This document shows, in pieces, positions 1 through 11,518 of a DNA stretch of 64,000 nt. The notes beneath the pieces were generated by a model. The model searched no databases, had not been told where the DNA came from, and saw only the letters and a program-made list of their open reading frames with translations. Origin of the DNA: Camelus ferus (lineage: Eukaryota); contig NC_045696.1 in NCBI RefSeq assembly GCF_009834535.1, positions 104,348,001-104,412,000 of the forward strand, read 5' to 3'. Position 1 is the first letter of the stretch. Each line of letters begins with the position of its first letter. The translations under genes and the position numbers were made by a program.

Positions 1-2260
1 CCAGGAAAGTTCAAAGCCTCTATCAGGAAAGCTCTAAAACACCCTTGAAAGATTTAAATATAGACTTGAGCAAAAGGAAATATGTACCATAATTATGAAT
101 AGGAAAACAGCATCACAAAGATGCCAGTTTCCCTAAGTTAATTAACAAATTCAAAGCAATTCTAATAAAGATATCAGATTTCTTTCTGAAGCTAGGAATG
201 TTGATTATATTGTTTATTTGAAAGAACAAATAAGCAAGAACAGCCAGGAAAACTCTGATGGAGAATAGACATAAAGAGGTCTACTTGTACTAAATATTTT
301 AAAGATATTTTAAGGCCTCTATAATTGAAACAGTATTAGTGCTGATGAAGAAATTGACTGACACTGAAAGAGAAATAGAAAAATCCAAATAGACCAAATT
401 GCATGTAGAAATTTAATATGTACCGGAGGTACCATCTCAGGTCAATGGGGAAAAGACAAGGTATTTAAAATATGTGGTTAGGAGGACTGGATAGTCTTAT
501 GTAAAAATATAAAATTGAATCCATTCCTCACATCAAAGTAAATGCTGAATGGATCAGAGATTTAAATGTGGTGAAAAATGAAGTTATACAAATATTAAAA
601 GAAAATATGAATTAATAGTGTTATAACTTGGGAGTGGGGAAAACCTTCCTGAATGTGACAAAAATGAACAAGCAACAAAGGAAAAAAATTGATAAATGTG
701 ATTCCATGAATAAAAATATTTTAAAGGATTAAAAGAAAATACAAACAAAAAAATAAAACAAAATCCCCGCAAAAATACCAGACCCATCAACCATGAGCAA
801 AATAGAAAGACAATGACAGATTGAAAACAATGTGTAACCTATGGGCAAAGATTTGATACCCTAAACATCTAAAGAGCTTCTAAAAATTTTAGATGGAAAA
901 TATCGTTTCCTTCAGAAAAATGAGCTAAAAATATAAAGTTTATAGAAAAAATGTTAATAGCCTTTAATTATATATAAAATTTCTTACTTTTGCTCATAAT
1001 AAGTGAAATGCAAAGTAAGTCAACACTGAGATACCATTTCCATCCATCAGATTACCAGAATCCCCAGAAATTGAGAACATACTCTCTTAGCAAAGCTCTT
1101 GGGGGAACAGGAGCTCTCAAATATTATTGGTGGGAATGGTATAAATGACACGGACACTGTGGAGGGGAATTGGACATAACTCTCAAAATTAAATTTACCT
1201 CTTGACTCAGCAATTCCAGTTCTAAGACTCTCTCCCAAAGATATACTGACAAAAATACAAAAAAGATTCGTTCACGGTGTTATTACAGCACTATTTGTAA
1301 TAGCACAAAAATGTCCATCAACAGGGAACTGATTATAAAATAAAATACATCCACACAATGGTGTCTAATGCAGTTACATAAAAAAATAAGGAAGACTTCG
1401 GTTGACTGTTTCAAAATGATTTCTAAAATATATTATTGAGTGCAAAATCCAGGTGTAGAAATGTACATATAATATGCTACCATTCATCTCAGAAAAGGCC
1501 TTAAGTCATTGGGTTATCTTGATATATGAGACAGAAAGAAAAACCCAAAGTTTAGATTTCAGGGAAATCTAGGGACGAAGTTGAGGGGGACTGTATATCT
1601 TAGTTTATAGGGCTGATTTAGAAACCACTTAAATACTTTACATAATTATAAAACAAAATTAAACTAAAAAGAGAAATCCTAAAACTTAAGGCGAAAAGAA
1701 AAAAACTGAACCTGTGACTTGAGTTGGTGGCACAACCATACAAAGAGGAATTGTTTTAAGTTAGTTTAAAACATGGTAATTTGATTGTCCATCCCTAGTG
1801 GGTTTTATCCCCAAGTAGAAACAAAACAAAACAAAACAAACAAAAAGAAATCTTATATTCTTTCAGTAATCCTGCTGTTAATGATCTTGTTGATATTGTC
1901 ATTCTGGAAGTGTTGTGTGTATATTTTTCAATAAAATAAATGAGGAATTATGTTGATGTTAATGAGAATCACAATTTTGGGCATGGGAGAAACACAGATG
2001 GATGACTGCTAAAGTTAAGAAAATGTGGTATTCCTGATTTGAATTAAAAATATCAGTATCAACTCATGATGTATTTTACCTGAAAAAAATGTTTTTTAAC
2101 TCTAACCACTGAAAAGGCCCAGAAATCATGACTTACCCAGTAATAGTGAGCCCCTTGTCTCCTAGACTGTGGTGTCTGAGTATCAGCAAAAAGAACCAGG
2201 GCTCTTGGGAGAAATGGGGGATCCCAGGTCTAGGGCAGGAAAGGTACAAGACAAATGTGG
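1..2260 (+). mobile_element. Ancient L1 (L1MC-like), degraded ORF2 3' part and 3' UTR
   Basis: A-rich degenerate ORF2 sequence from base 1, resembling the KDLNKWKDIP...FNAIPIKI region. The CCHC-end/3'UTR motifs lie near 1000-1400, and the L1MC 3'UTR motif aaagaaccagggctcttgggagaaatgg near 2190. Many stops. Confidence 0.8.
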
Positions 2261-2398
2261 GTTTAGATCTACATTTTTCAAAACTCAACAGTTTATTTAG
2301 CTTTGCTAGAGGATATAGGACAAAAAGAAGAGCATGCCAGGGAGGGGTGGGGCAGGTGTGATGGCTCAGGTGTGCAGGAATGAGACCAAATGTGTGCA

Positions 2399-2785
2399 TT
2401 TGGTGATGCTGTGGTGCACCGCCCAGGTGTCCTTGTAAGGACTGAGAGAGTTGTTCCTTCAGTTGTCTGGACTGTTGGTGACTCACAGTTCACACCTGAA
2501 TCTTTCTCTGGGAATTTCTGTCAGTGGAGGGGAGCTGCCTTGCCCAAGATTACACTTATTCAGGGAGCAGTTCTGCCAAAATCGGGACTACTTTAAAGGG
2601 CCATCCAAGCTACTGAGGAAGTCCTACTGGATTGGCTGAGGTTTACAATTACAACTATATTGTAGTTTAGCTTTTCCAGCTGCACCGTCTTTTTCCCCTC
2701 ACTCCCAGAGAGCCCTTCCCGGTAAACCTCTTGTGCATAAATCTCCATCTCATAGTCTGTTTCCTGGGAAATCCAGCCCACGTGA
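2399..2785 (+). mobile_element. LTR16-like ERVL solo LTR inserted in the L1MC
   Basis: Starts with ...ctgtggtgcaccgcccagg and ends with aatctccatctcatagtctgtttcctgggaaatccagcc, typical LTR16 termini. The ends resemble the copy at 43643. Confidence 0.7.
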
Positions 2786-3059
2786 ATGGGTGTGGGAGTC
2801 ATTAGGGCTTATAAGTTCCATTCCCCATATAAGCCAATATGTTTTATTTCCTCCCACGGGAATAGCTTCCCGGGGTCCCAGCAAGGGACATGCACAGTTA
2901 CAAGAATGCACTGCATTCAGAGAAGCTCAAACCATGCATCTCTGCCTAGATATTTATAGTTAATTCACAGTCCTCCCAGGCCAGGTGTAGTTTACTAATT
3001 GGAAGTCATTTTTATCACAAGCAGTGTTGCCTGGTAACACGGTCGACATTTCACCTTTA

Positions 3060-4112
3060 TTATGTTTCCAGGGGAACAGAGAAAGTTAAGGTCATTTTTT
3101 CCCCATGGAGAAAGAATGCGTTTGTTAATCCTTTATTCACATTTAAAAACCTATGAATTTATAAAGATGCAAAACAAATATCCCCAAACCACTCATTTAG
3201 AGGATACTAGGAAACTAACTTGTTATTTTGAAACCTGGTAAATAAAAGGAGAGAATAATTTGTCTAGACTTTGTATGAACTGTGCTTCAAGACAATGAGT
3301 TGTTAAGGGTAATTTTCTCTGATAGATGTATCCCAGCTGATAAATGAAGAAGGATGGGATTGAGATAGCATCCGTTTGCAGCTCCTACTGAAGAGATAAA
3401 TCGAGGCAGTGTCATTAGGGACTGCTCAGGGTGCCAAAGAGAGACAGCCAGACATGGTGAGGCCCGGATGGAAGTGTGCAGCCCCACCTGTAAAGCATTC
3501 TTGCAAAAGTTCTCACCTGTATCTGATCTGACTTCTAGCTCTAAGTACCAGTTGTTGGGGACAGTTGATATTGTGGTGAAGCAGTTTGCAAAATGCAGAC
3601 TGTGGAAAACTGTACAGTACGAATGACCTGGTTTCTTCAACAAAGATATTGCAAGGGAGACATACACACATACACAGCTATAAAGGGGGAAATTTGTAAA
3701 TTAAAAGAGATCTAAGACACTTATTAACCAATTCAAATCTTGAATCTTATTAAGAGCCTGATTTGAACAAACTGTAAAACTATTTATGATTCAGTGGAAG
3801 GATTTGAACACTGCCTGAGATTGGATGGTAAGAAGAAATGATTACTTTTTCAGGTTTGATAATGTTATTGTGGTTATGTTATTTAAGAGGGTCCTCAGCT
3901 TTCAGAGATACAGATAAATACGTTTATAGATTAAGTGATAAAGTATCTAGTCCCCCCACCTCCCAAATAATCTAGATTGTGGGGAAGTGGGTAAGGGGTA
4001 AAATGAAATCAGATTGGCCATGACTTGATAACTGCTGAAGCTGGGTGATAGGTTTATGGGGATTCATTGTACTATTTCCATTACTTTTTATGTTTGAAAT
4101 TTTTCTTGATAA
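3060..4112 (+). mobile_element. L1MC4-like 3' UTR, continuation of the element at 1-2260
   Basis: Typical 3' end: gataatgttattgtggttatgtt...gattggccatgacttgataactgctgaagctgggtgataggtttatggggattcattgtactattt...atgtttgaaattttt. Confidence 0.75.
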
Positions 4113-4852
4113 TAGGTAGAAGTATATATACATTTTCTTTTTAATGTAATCATCTTACTCCTGGGATTCTATTGGTAGATATTATCTACCTAAGGATGTT
4201 TAATGTAGCAACACCAACAAAAGAAAAAATCCTGGAAAAAAATGGAATAACTAACAATGACATATGGTTAAATAAATTGTGATACCAAACAGTCATTAAA
4301 AAGAATGATTTCGAGCCAAATCAGTTCACCTGGAGGTGTTTTCAGGAATATTGTTGAATGAGAAGAGCAAGATGCACACATGAATGTATAAGACCTCAGT
4401 TTTTGGGGGGGTGGGGAGTGGAAAGAGGCAGAAACTCTCTATGTGCATATTTGTCTACTATGTGTATATGAGTGGGGTTCAGCGGGGTGTGAACCTGAGT
4501 TCTTTGGGGTGTTTTGGGTGGAGAGGGGAGAGATGAGGCTGCTGAAAAACTCTGGTAACATTAAGAGGAAGCTGTGATGTGGTCCGTGTCTGCTGGCAGG
4601 GTGAGCTCTGTGGGTGGAGTGCGGGCTGTAGGGTTAGGCTGTGTTTTGGTCCAGCTTTGCCATTTACCAGTAGAGTCACCGTGAGAGTTTGGCAATGTAT
4701 GTGGAACACATCCTGTGTGCCCAGGTGTCCTAGGATCTTGTGAGATGGCGGTGAAGATGCTGCTACTGCCCCTTGGAAGCTGCTGTGCTAATGAGGGAAG
4801 GAGGAAGGTCAAGATGCCCAAGTGTTTTAGGCACAGGTTGCTATGGGCGTAA

Positions 4853-4945
4853 TGCTTGACTTTTATGAACCTCAGTTTCCTTATCCATAAAATGGGATTA
4901 TAATGACATCTGCTTCACAGGGTTACTATGAGGGTTAAACATATG
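4853..4945 (+). mobile_element. MIR SINE fragment
   Basis: MIR core cctcagtttccttatccataaaatgggattataat...cacagggttactatgagggttaaa. Confidence 0.75.
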
Positions 4946-5159
4946 CACCATAAAGTTAACTGCACCCTCTTGGGCCACACTCTTTTCACTGTAAGGCCCT
5001 AGCAACCTGCTGTTATTGTTTCCAGGGGCAGGAAGACCAGTGCTGAGAGTCTGTAAGCAAGGGAGGGGTATTGTCCAGGGAGAGTCAGTCTGAGAGCTAA
5101 GACAGAAAAGTGAGGTAGAATTTGATGGTTTCTTGAGAACACAGAAGAAGGGAGATAAA

Positions 5160-6265
5160 TGTGTTTCATTTATTCCTTTACTTGAAGCAATTCACTTAAT
5201 GCTTACTATGTTATACATCGGTGAACAAAACAGACCAAGATCTGGGCCCTTTCAGAGGTAATCCAGAAAAGGGAGACAGACAAGAGACATTAAAGGAATA
5301 AATGAGTAAATTATGTGATACATTAATGTTCCATGGAAAAGAGGGAAAGCCAAGCAGGGAAAGTTTATTAGTTAGCTAGGGCTGCTGTAACAAAGTATCG
5401 CAGACTGGGTGGCATGAATAACAGAAATGGTTGTCTCACAGGTCTGGGATCAAGGCCATGTTCCCTCTGCAGGTTCTAGGGGAGGATCTGTTCCAGGCAC
5501 CTCTCCTGGCTTCTGTTAGTTCCTTGGCTTGTGGCAGCTTAACTTCAGTCTTTACATAGCATCCTCCCTCTATGCATGTTTGTCTCAGTGTCCAAAATTA
5601 CCCTTTTTATAAGGACACCAGGTGTATTGGATTAGGGGCCACCCTACTCCAGTATGGCCTCATCTTAACTAATTACATTGGCAATTACTCAATTTCCAAA
5701 TAAGGTCACATTTGGATCTACTGGGGATTAGGACTTCAACATGACTTTACATAGTGGGAAAGGAGATTGAAGTGCCCAAGGGGGTGGGCAGCCTGCGGTG
5801 TTAAACAGGGAGACTTTTTGAGAAGGGGACATTGGAGAGAAGGCTTGAAGGAAGTAGGGACTGGGCCACGTGGATATCTGGAGAAGAGTACCCCAGGGAG
5901 AGGGGACAACCAGTGTAAAGGCACCTTGGCAGGAGTGTACTTGAGATTTTCCAGGAGCAACAGGAAGGCAGTGTGGCTGCAGCAGAGAGTGTGCAGGGGT
6001 GAACCAGGAGGTGAGGTCCGGTGGGATCAGGCCCAGATCGTGAGGCCCTTGAAGGCTCGTGAAGGACTTGGGCTTTTACTTGAAGCATAACTCTCGGTGG
6101 TTCTGGGCAGTGTGGCTATGACGATAGGACACTGTGGATAGGTGGGGAGGCAGTTGGGAAGCCATGACTGTGATCCTGGTGCGAGATGACTGAGACAGGG
6201 GAGAGTTGTTGAAACAATGTCCTGAGTAGAGAAGTGGAGATGCGTCTGGTGCAAAAGTAGAGGGA
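5160..6265 (-). mobile_element. L2 (L2a-like) 3' region, split by an MLT1 LTR
   Basis: L2 3' end motif near 5165-5250. It resumes after 5790 with purine-rich L2 sequence (gagaaggggacattggagagaaggcttgaagga...aaaggcaccttggcaggag). Confidence 0.7.
5364..5760 (-). mobile_element. MLT1B/C-type MaLR LTR
   Basis: tattagttagctagggctgctgtaacaaagta...ataaggacacca..tattggattagggg..ccaaataaggtcacatt, a typical MLT1 reverse complement. Confidence 0.85.
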
Positions 6266-6480
6266 TTGGCATGGGTATTGGGTCTTGGTACATATGTATA
6301 ATTTAAATACTTTTCCCTTATTGCATATTTAAAGAATCTAATAAAGTACATGGTGGACAGAAGTCTCTCAATAACAGTTAGTTTCTCTTTCCTCTCCCTT
6401 CCATCCAGAGTCTGGCCTCTTCTGTGCTCACTCTACTGTTCTCCATTCCCCATCACTCATCTAGATCTCTGTTGGTTCTT

Positions 6481-6607
6481 TTATATATAAATATATATAT
6501 AAAATAAATAAATAAATATTCTCCCTAAACGGAGGCACTGAAGATTGAACCCAGGACCCTGTGCATGCCAAGCACGTGCCTTACCACTGAGCTATACCCC
6601 CACCCCC
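6481..6607 (-). mobile_element. tRNA-Ala-derived SINE (vic-1-like)
   Basis: Reverse-complement tRNA head gattgaacccaggacc..tgcatgccaagca..accactgagctataccccc. TSD ctctgttggttctt (6467-6480) / ctctattggttctt (6608-6621). Confidence 0.9.
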
Positions 6608-7829
6608 CTCTATTGGTTCTTAAAGAGTGTGAGCTGGTATTGGTTTAAAGAAATGTTTTGAATGGTCTTCTGATGAATCCTAGGTTTTGGAGGCAGTACC
6701 CTAGGGGTCTTATGAGGGTGAAGAAAATAAAAGAAATCCTAAATGGTATGAAGAACTCCCAGGTATGAGGAACTTCCAGGTATCCCATTCCCCCTGCCTC
6801 TTCTCCATTCCCCATTTCATCCAGAAAATTCAGTAACTATGGTTTGTATAGAAAGGCTGATTAAAGAATTTTATTTAAAAGCAAGAAGATTCCTGCTTCT
6901 TAAAAATAATCCATTAGGTCTTGAAGTGTGTCTCCTGTTTGAGATATTTTAAAACCCTCTAAAACCAAAGAAATGAATCTCTAATGGTGAAATTTTAAAT
7001 CTTGGTTCTGCTTTTTTATTACAGATAGATTTTCTGACTTCATCAAATAATAATGATGATAATAATGATAGCTAATATTAGTTAAGGGCTAAACTTGCCC
7101 TTATTTAAAATTCTGCTGAGGAATTATAAAGAATGGAGCTATTCATAGTCAAAATCATAGACTCATGAAGCCATTCACATTGGACCTTGGATAGCTCTTA
7201 ACAATATTCTAGTTTTGACCCTCTCATTTTATTAACAAGTAACTGAAAGAAATATTGACTTGGTCAAGGTCATCCAAGAACAGCTGTGTCTAGAATCCAA
7301 GTTACCTATGTCCCAGGTCCCCAATTTTCCCATTACATCCTACTGGAAGGCAGGTGTCCTCAGACTAGGATAAGGAGTGCCATATCACAGCTGTTGAAAC
7401 AAAGGGTAGACAGGAAATGTGTACTGAAGACGTTTGATGTGACATTTATCGTCCCTGGGAGTTCAGGTTTATAAGCTTCTCCACATTTAAGAGCCTTTTA
7501 TAGTCTCTAATTGCTCATTTGTCTGATGTTACAAAAACAGTCTCCACAGATACAAACTGACAGGTAAATAGCTTGTTGAGAATTTAGTTAAAATGATAAA
7601 CTAACATAATGCATCTTCTCTTGAGAGAATTATCAAAAGCACAGGATTGCAATACACTGTGTAGTAATATTTCTTCTGTAGTCATTATTGGCTGTGGCCT
7701 CCTAATTTTCTCAAGGAATATTTCATTACTTGATCCATGAACTACTGCACTATAAATAAACCTGCCAGTTCTCGTGGGGACAAGTGGATCAGAGCAACCT
7801 GGTGAAGGGTGAAAAAGAAAGTTTGGGGG

Positions 7830-8035
7830 TTGGCCAGATCTGGGTGTGGGTCCTGCCCCTGCCTCTTAGATCTGCCTTACTGGGGTAAGCACTTTAGCTC
7901 TTGATGCCTCAACTTCCTCTTTGGTAAAATGGGAATTATAGTAATATCTACCTCATAGGCTGGTTGTGGGGATTAAGGGAGTAGAGTCTAGAGGGCATCT
8001 TGTGCATGCCTGGCTGTGGTAGGTGCTAAATAGTA
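7830..8035 (+). mobile_element. MIR SINE
   Basis: ccagatctgggtgtgggtcctgcccctgcc...gcctcaacttcctctttggtaaaatgggaattatagtaatatctacctcatagg...taggtgctaaata. Confidence 0.75.
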
Positions 8036-8129
8036 AACCACCACTGGCAGGGAGAACCGAGATGTGCCTTGCAGGCCAAGTGTCACCCCTGGACCAGTGG
8101 CATCAGCACACCTCAGTTTGGGGGCTTTG

Positions 8130-8330
8130 GGGTCAGTCTGGTTGGGTTCAAATTTCAGTGTGGTTGCTAATTAGCTGTGTCGCTTTGGATGAAATCACTT
8201 TCTCAAAGTTGAGCAGTTTGTTCATCTGTGAAATGGGAAGGATGACCACAGGAGTACCTGCATTAGGGGTCATTTTTATATATCACTGAGTTGCTGCAGA
8301 GTCTCTCACCACACCTGGCTTGCAAGGAGT
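8130..8330 (+). mobile_element. MIR SINE
   Basis: tgggttcaaat..ttagctgtgtcgctttgga..cagtttgttcatctgtgaaatggga. Confidence 0.65.
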
Positions 8331-8834
8331 CACTATTAGGATTTTTTAGAGACTGCCATCCAGAAGCAGCAAGCCTGTGGTAAATAAAACTAATGTGGCA
8401 TTTTAGGATAAAGAAAGAGATTTCTGTGCGCCTGCCTCAAAGCATAGTATTAGCTGGATCTTTGGTTTCCAGACCACAACCTACCACCCATTTGTCTCAG
8501 TACTAAATCTTATTAGTAATTTAGTACATTTTGGGAGCCTTTGGGGAAGAGGTGGGGAGAGGAGAGGAGAGGGCTGGCAGTTGGCTTGGGGCATACAATG
8601 AGAGACTCATACCAGCAGGACTGGAAGGGACTTCAGTGGTCCAGAAACACTCCCCCAACATCCCGGACTCAGTCTCCCTCAGCTTCTCCTCGTAGTCCCC
8701 TGGTGTCCGGGAGATTCTTCCTTCTGCCCGAGGAAGCCCGTTTCAGTTCAGTTTGGGAGCTCTCTAGTTGTTGGGATGCTCTTGAGTTGCGTTACTATGT
8801 AGCAAGGCTCAAGGAAACAGAGTCAATTTGGAAC

Positions 8835-9193
8835 TGCTATAGACTGAATGTTTGTGTCCTCACCCATATCCATGTGTTGAAACCTAATCTCCAGTGTGAT
8901 GGTATTTGAAGGTGGAGTCTTTGGGAGGTGATTAGGTTATGAGAGTGGAGCTCTCATGAATGGGATTACTGCCCTTAAAAAAGAGACCTCAAAGAACTCC
9001 TTGCCCCTTCTGCCACGTGAGGACACAGCAAAAGGCTGCTGTTGCTAAATGCGGAATGGATCCTCAGCAGATCCAAACTGTGTGCCTTAATCTTGGACTT
9101 CCCATCCTGCAGAGCTGTGACAGATAAATGTTTGTTGTTTAAACCTCTCTGACTGTGACATTTTTGTTATAGCAGGATGAATGGACTAAAACG
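8835..9193 (+). mobile_element. MLT1A0-type MaLR solo LTR
   Basis: tgctatagactgaatgtttgtgtcc...ttgttatagcag..atggactaaaac. 5-bp TSD GGAAC at 8830-8834 and 9194-9198. Confidence 0.9.
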
Positions 9194-9499
9194 GGAACTG
9201 TATCTCAGGGTTGGAAACTAGGTTCTTCAATGTATTGCGTTCTTCTTATGAAATCATTTTGGTTGATTTTTATTCATTAACCAGTTTTGGAGACATTTAG
9301 ACTCCCAAATTGTGAGTCGCATTTTTTTTCTATGACATATACACATGCTTAATTTGCAATAAAAGGTTTTTTGAATTCCACATGAAAAAAAGTAGTTTCT
9401 TGATTGAATTAAGTAAACAACCTGTTTACTTTGTATTAGCTCCAAGCTATACTCAAAACCTCAGGTTTCCGTTGTGCTAATTATATGAAAGAGAACATT

Positions 9500-10120
9500 A
9501 ACCTTATTATTCAGAACCCTCATTCTGTGACAGCCCTGAGTTAGCTTAACAATAACTGGTCTATGTCATTTACTGGAACTATCTATCTAAATCCTTGCCA
9601 GTCCTGCAAAACCTGTCTTTATTGGGTAGAGAGGACTCAATACTTGGGTTCCAGGCATTGATATTTGTGTCTGTGTGATTGCTCACTCTGCATTTTGTAC
9701 CCATTTTTAGAGATCCATCCACATACTTTCCTCCAAGATCTCCTGGTCACAAGTTCTTTTCTTTCCAAACACTGACCAGTATTAGCCAAACCATTAGCCA
9801 CTGCCTGTGAATCAGTGTAGGCTCTAACATTCTGTAAGGGGATTCGTCAGGCATCTTTCTGCCTGATCTAGAGTGTTTGCAGCTATATAGATAATTTTAA
9901 TTCTTTGGTAGATTTTCAACCTCTTTCCTTCCAAGGGATGCTTGATCAATTACCCATTGCCAAAAGTCCCCTAGAGTCAGAACATTGGTTACCACCTCAT
10001 CTCAGTTTTCCAGTATGGTGATTACACCAACCTTACTTCTGGTGATTCAGTTCTACCACTTGGCCTCTCTGCTGCTTCCAGGTCCTGTTATTTCCATTAA
10101 AATAATGGAACTATTAAAAT
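9500..10120 (-). mobile_element. ERVL/MaLR internal remnant (gag and pol RNase H fragments)
   Basis: The minus strand at 9828-9781 translates as VRAYTDSQAVANGLAN, matching the ERVL RNase H motif YTDSWAVANGLA. About 10100-9985 resembles the ERVL gag motif RGQVAALNHQ. Confidence 0.7.
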
Positions 10121-10644
10121 GCCAGTGGTATTGTACATCCAATGTTAAATTTATTCCTAAAGGATGTTTGCTGACTGCGTTGTAATTGAAAATTTTAATT
10201 TCATTTTCCAGTTGTTTTCTTCTGTACTTGATTTTAGTATATTGAATTTGTATGCTATGAACTTGCTAAATTCACTTATCAATTTCATTGTAGATGTCTT
10301 AAGATTTTCTACACAATCACATCATCTGTGCATAAATATTTTACTTTTTTCTTTTCATTTTTTTTCTTTCTTACTGGACTGGCTGTGACTTCTAGTGCAA
10401 TGTTGAACAGAGGTCATGATAGTGGACATGCTTGCCTTGTTTTCAATCTTAGGGGGAGCACGTATTCCATCTTTTTCCCTTGAAAGTGACGTTGACTGTA
10501 GTTTTGCTGATGCTGGCTGTAGTTTTTCATTATATTCCTTTTATGAGTTCCTTCTGTTCCTTGTTTAAAAATTATTAATGGATGTTATTTCATCAAATAA
10601 TTTTCTGTTTTTATTGAGACAATCAAATAGTATTCTTTAAAGAT

Positions 10645-10922
10645 TCTTTTTTTCTTTTTAAAATATATTTATTTTAATTGAAATAGAATCACTTTACAAT
10701 GTTGTGTCAGTTTCTGGTGTACAGCATAATGTTTCAGTCATACATATACATACATAACATACCTTTCCGTACTCTTTTTTCATTATAGGTTACTACACGA
10801 TACTGAATACAGTTGCCTGTGATACATACTATGAATTTGTTGTTTGTCTATTTTATATATGGTAGTTAGTATCTGCAAATCTCCAACTCACGTTTTATCC
10901 TTCCCACCCTCTCTCTTCCCAG
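10645..10922 (-). mobile_element. Lineage-specific L1 3' UTR fragment
   Basis: Poly-T followed by ttgaaatagaatcactttacaatgttgtgtcagtttctggtgtacagc. Homologous to the 3' ends at 11519 and 36073. Confidence 0.8.
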
Positions 10923-11518
10923 TTAAAAAATTTTTCCTAATTCACAAATAAGACCATCTGTCCTTTGAGTTTTCTTTGCAGGAAAATTTTTTTTTTATTA
11001 CAAATTCAGTGTGTCTAATAGTTACAGGGCTATTCGTATTCTATATTAAATCTTGTCAGTTTTGGTAGGTTGTGTTTCTAAAGGAATTTATCTATTTTTT
11101 CTAATTCGTTGATTACATTGGCATAGTATTCATAATCTCTTATTTTTTAGTATTTACAAGATCTGTAATGATATTTGTGCTTCAATTTCTGATATGGTAA
11201 TTTGCATTTGAGTCTTTCTTGTCATTCTTAGTAGGGAATTTTAAATTTATTACTATTAAAAAACCAGCTCTTGGTTTTATTGATGTTCTTTATTATTTGT
11301 TTTCCATTTATTGATTTCTATTCTTATTTCTTGTTGTATCTTTCTTTCGAGTTGCTTTAGCTTAATTTGCTTGTCTTTTTCTAGCTTCTTAAGGAATCTT
11401 AGATTATTCATTTTAAAACTTTCATTTCTAATAATAGCATTTGAAGCTCTAACTTCCTAATAATCACTTCTTCAGCTATATCCCATGAATGTTATCTTGT
11501 ATTTTCATTATTATTCAG

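Noticed and set aside
6745..6783. 17-bp tandem repeat ggtatgaRgaactYcca
   Set aside because: Two diverged copies only; an ordinary slippage duplication.
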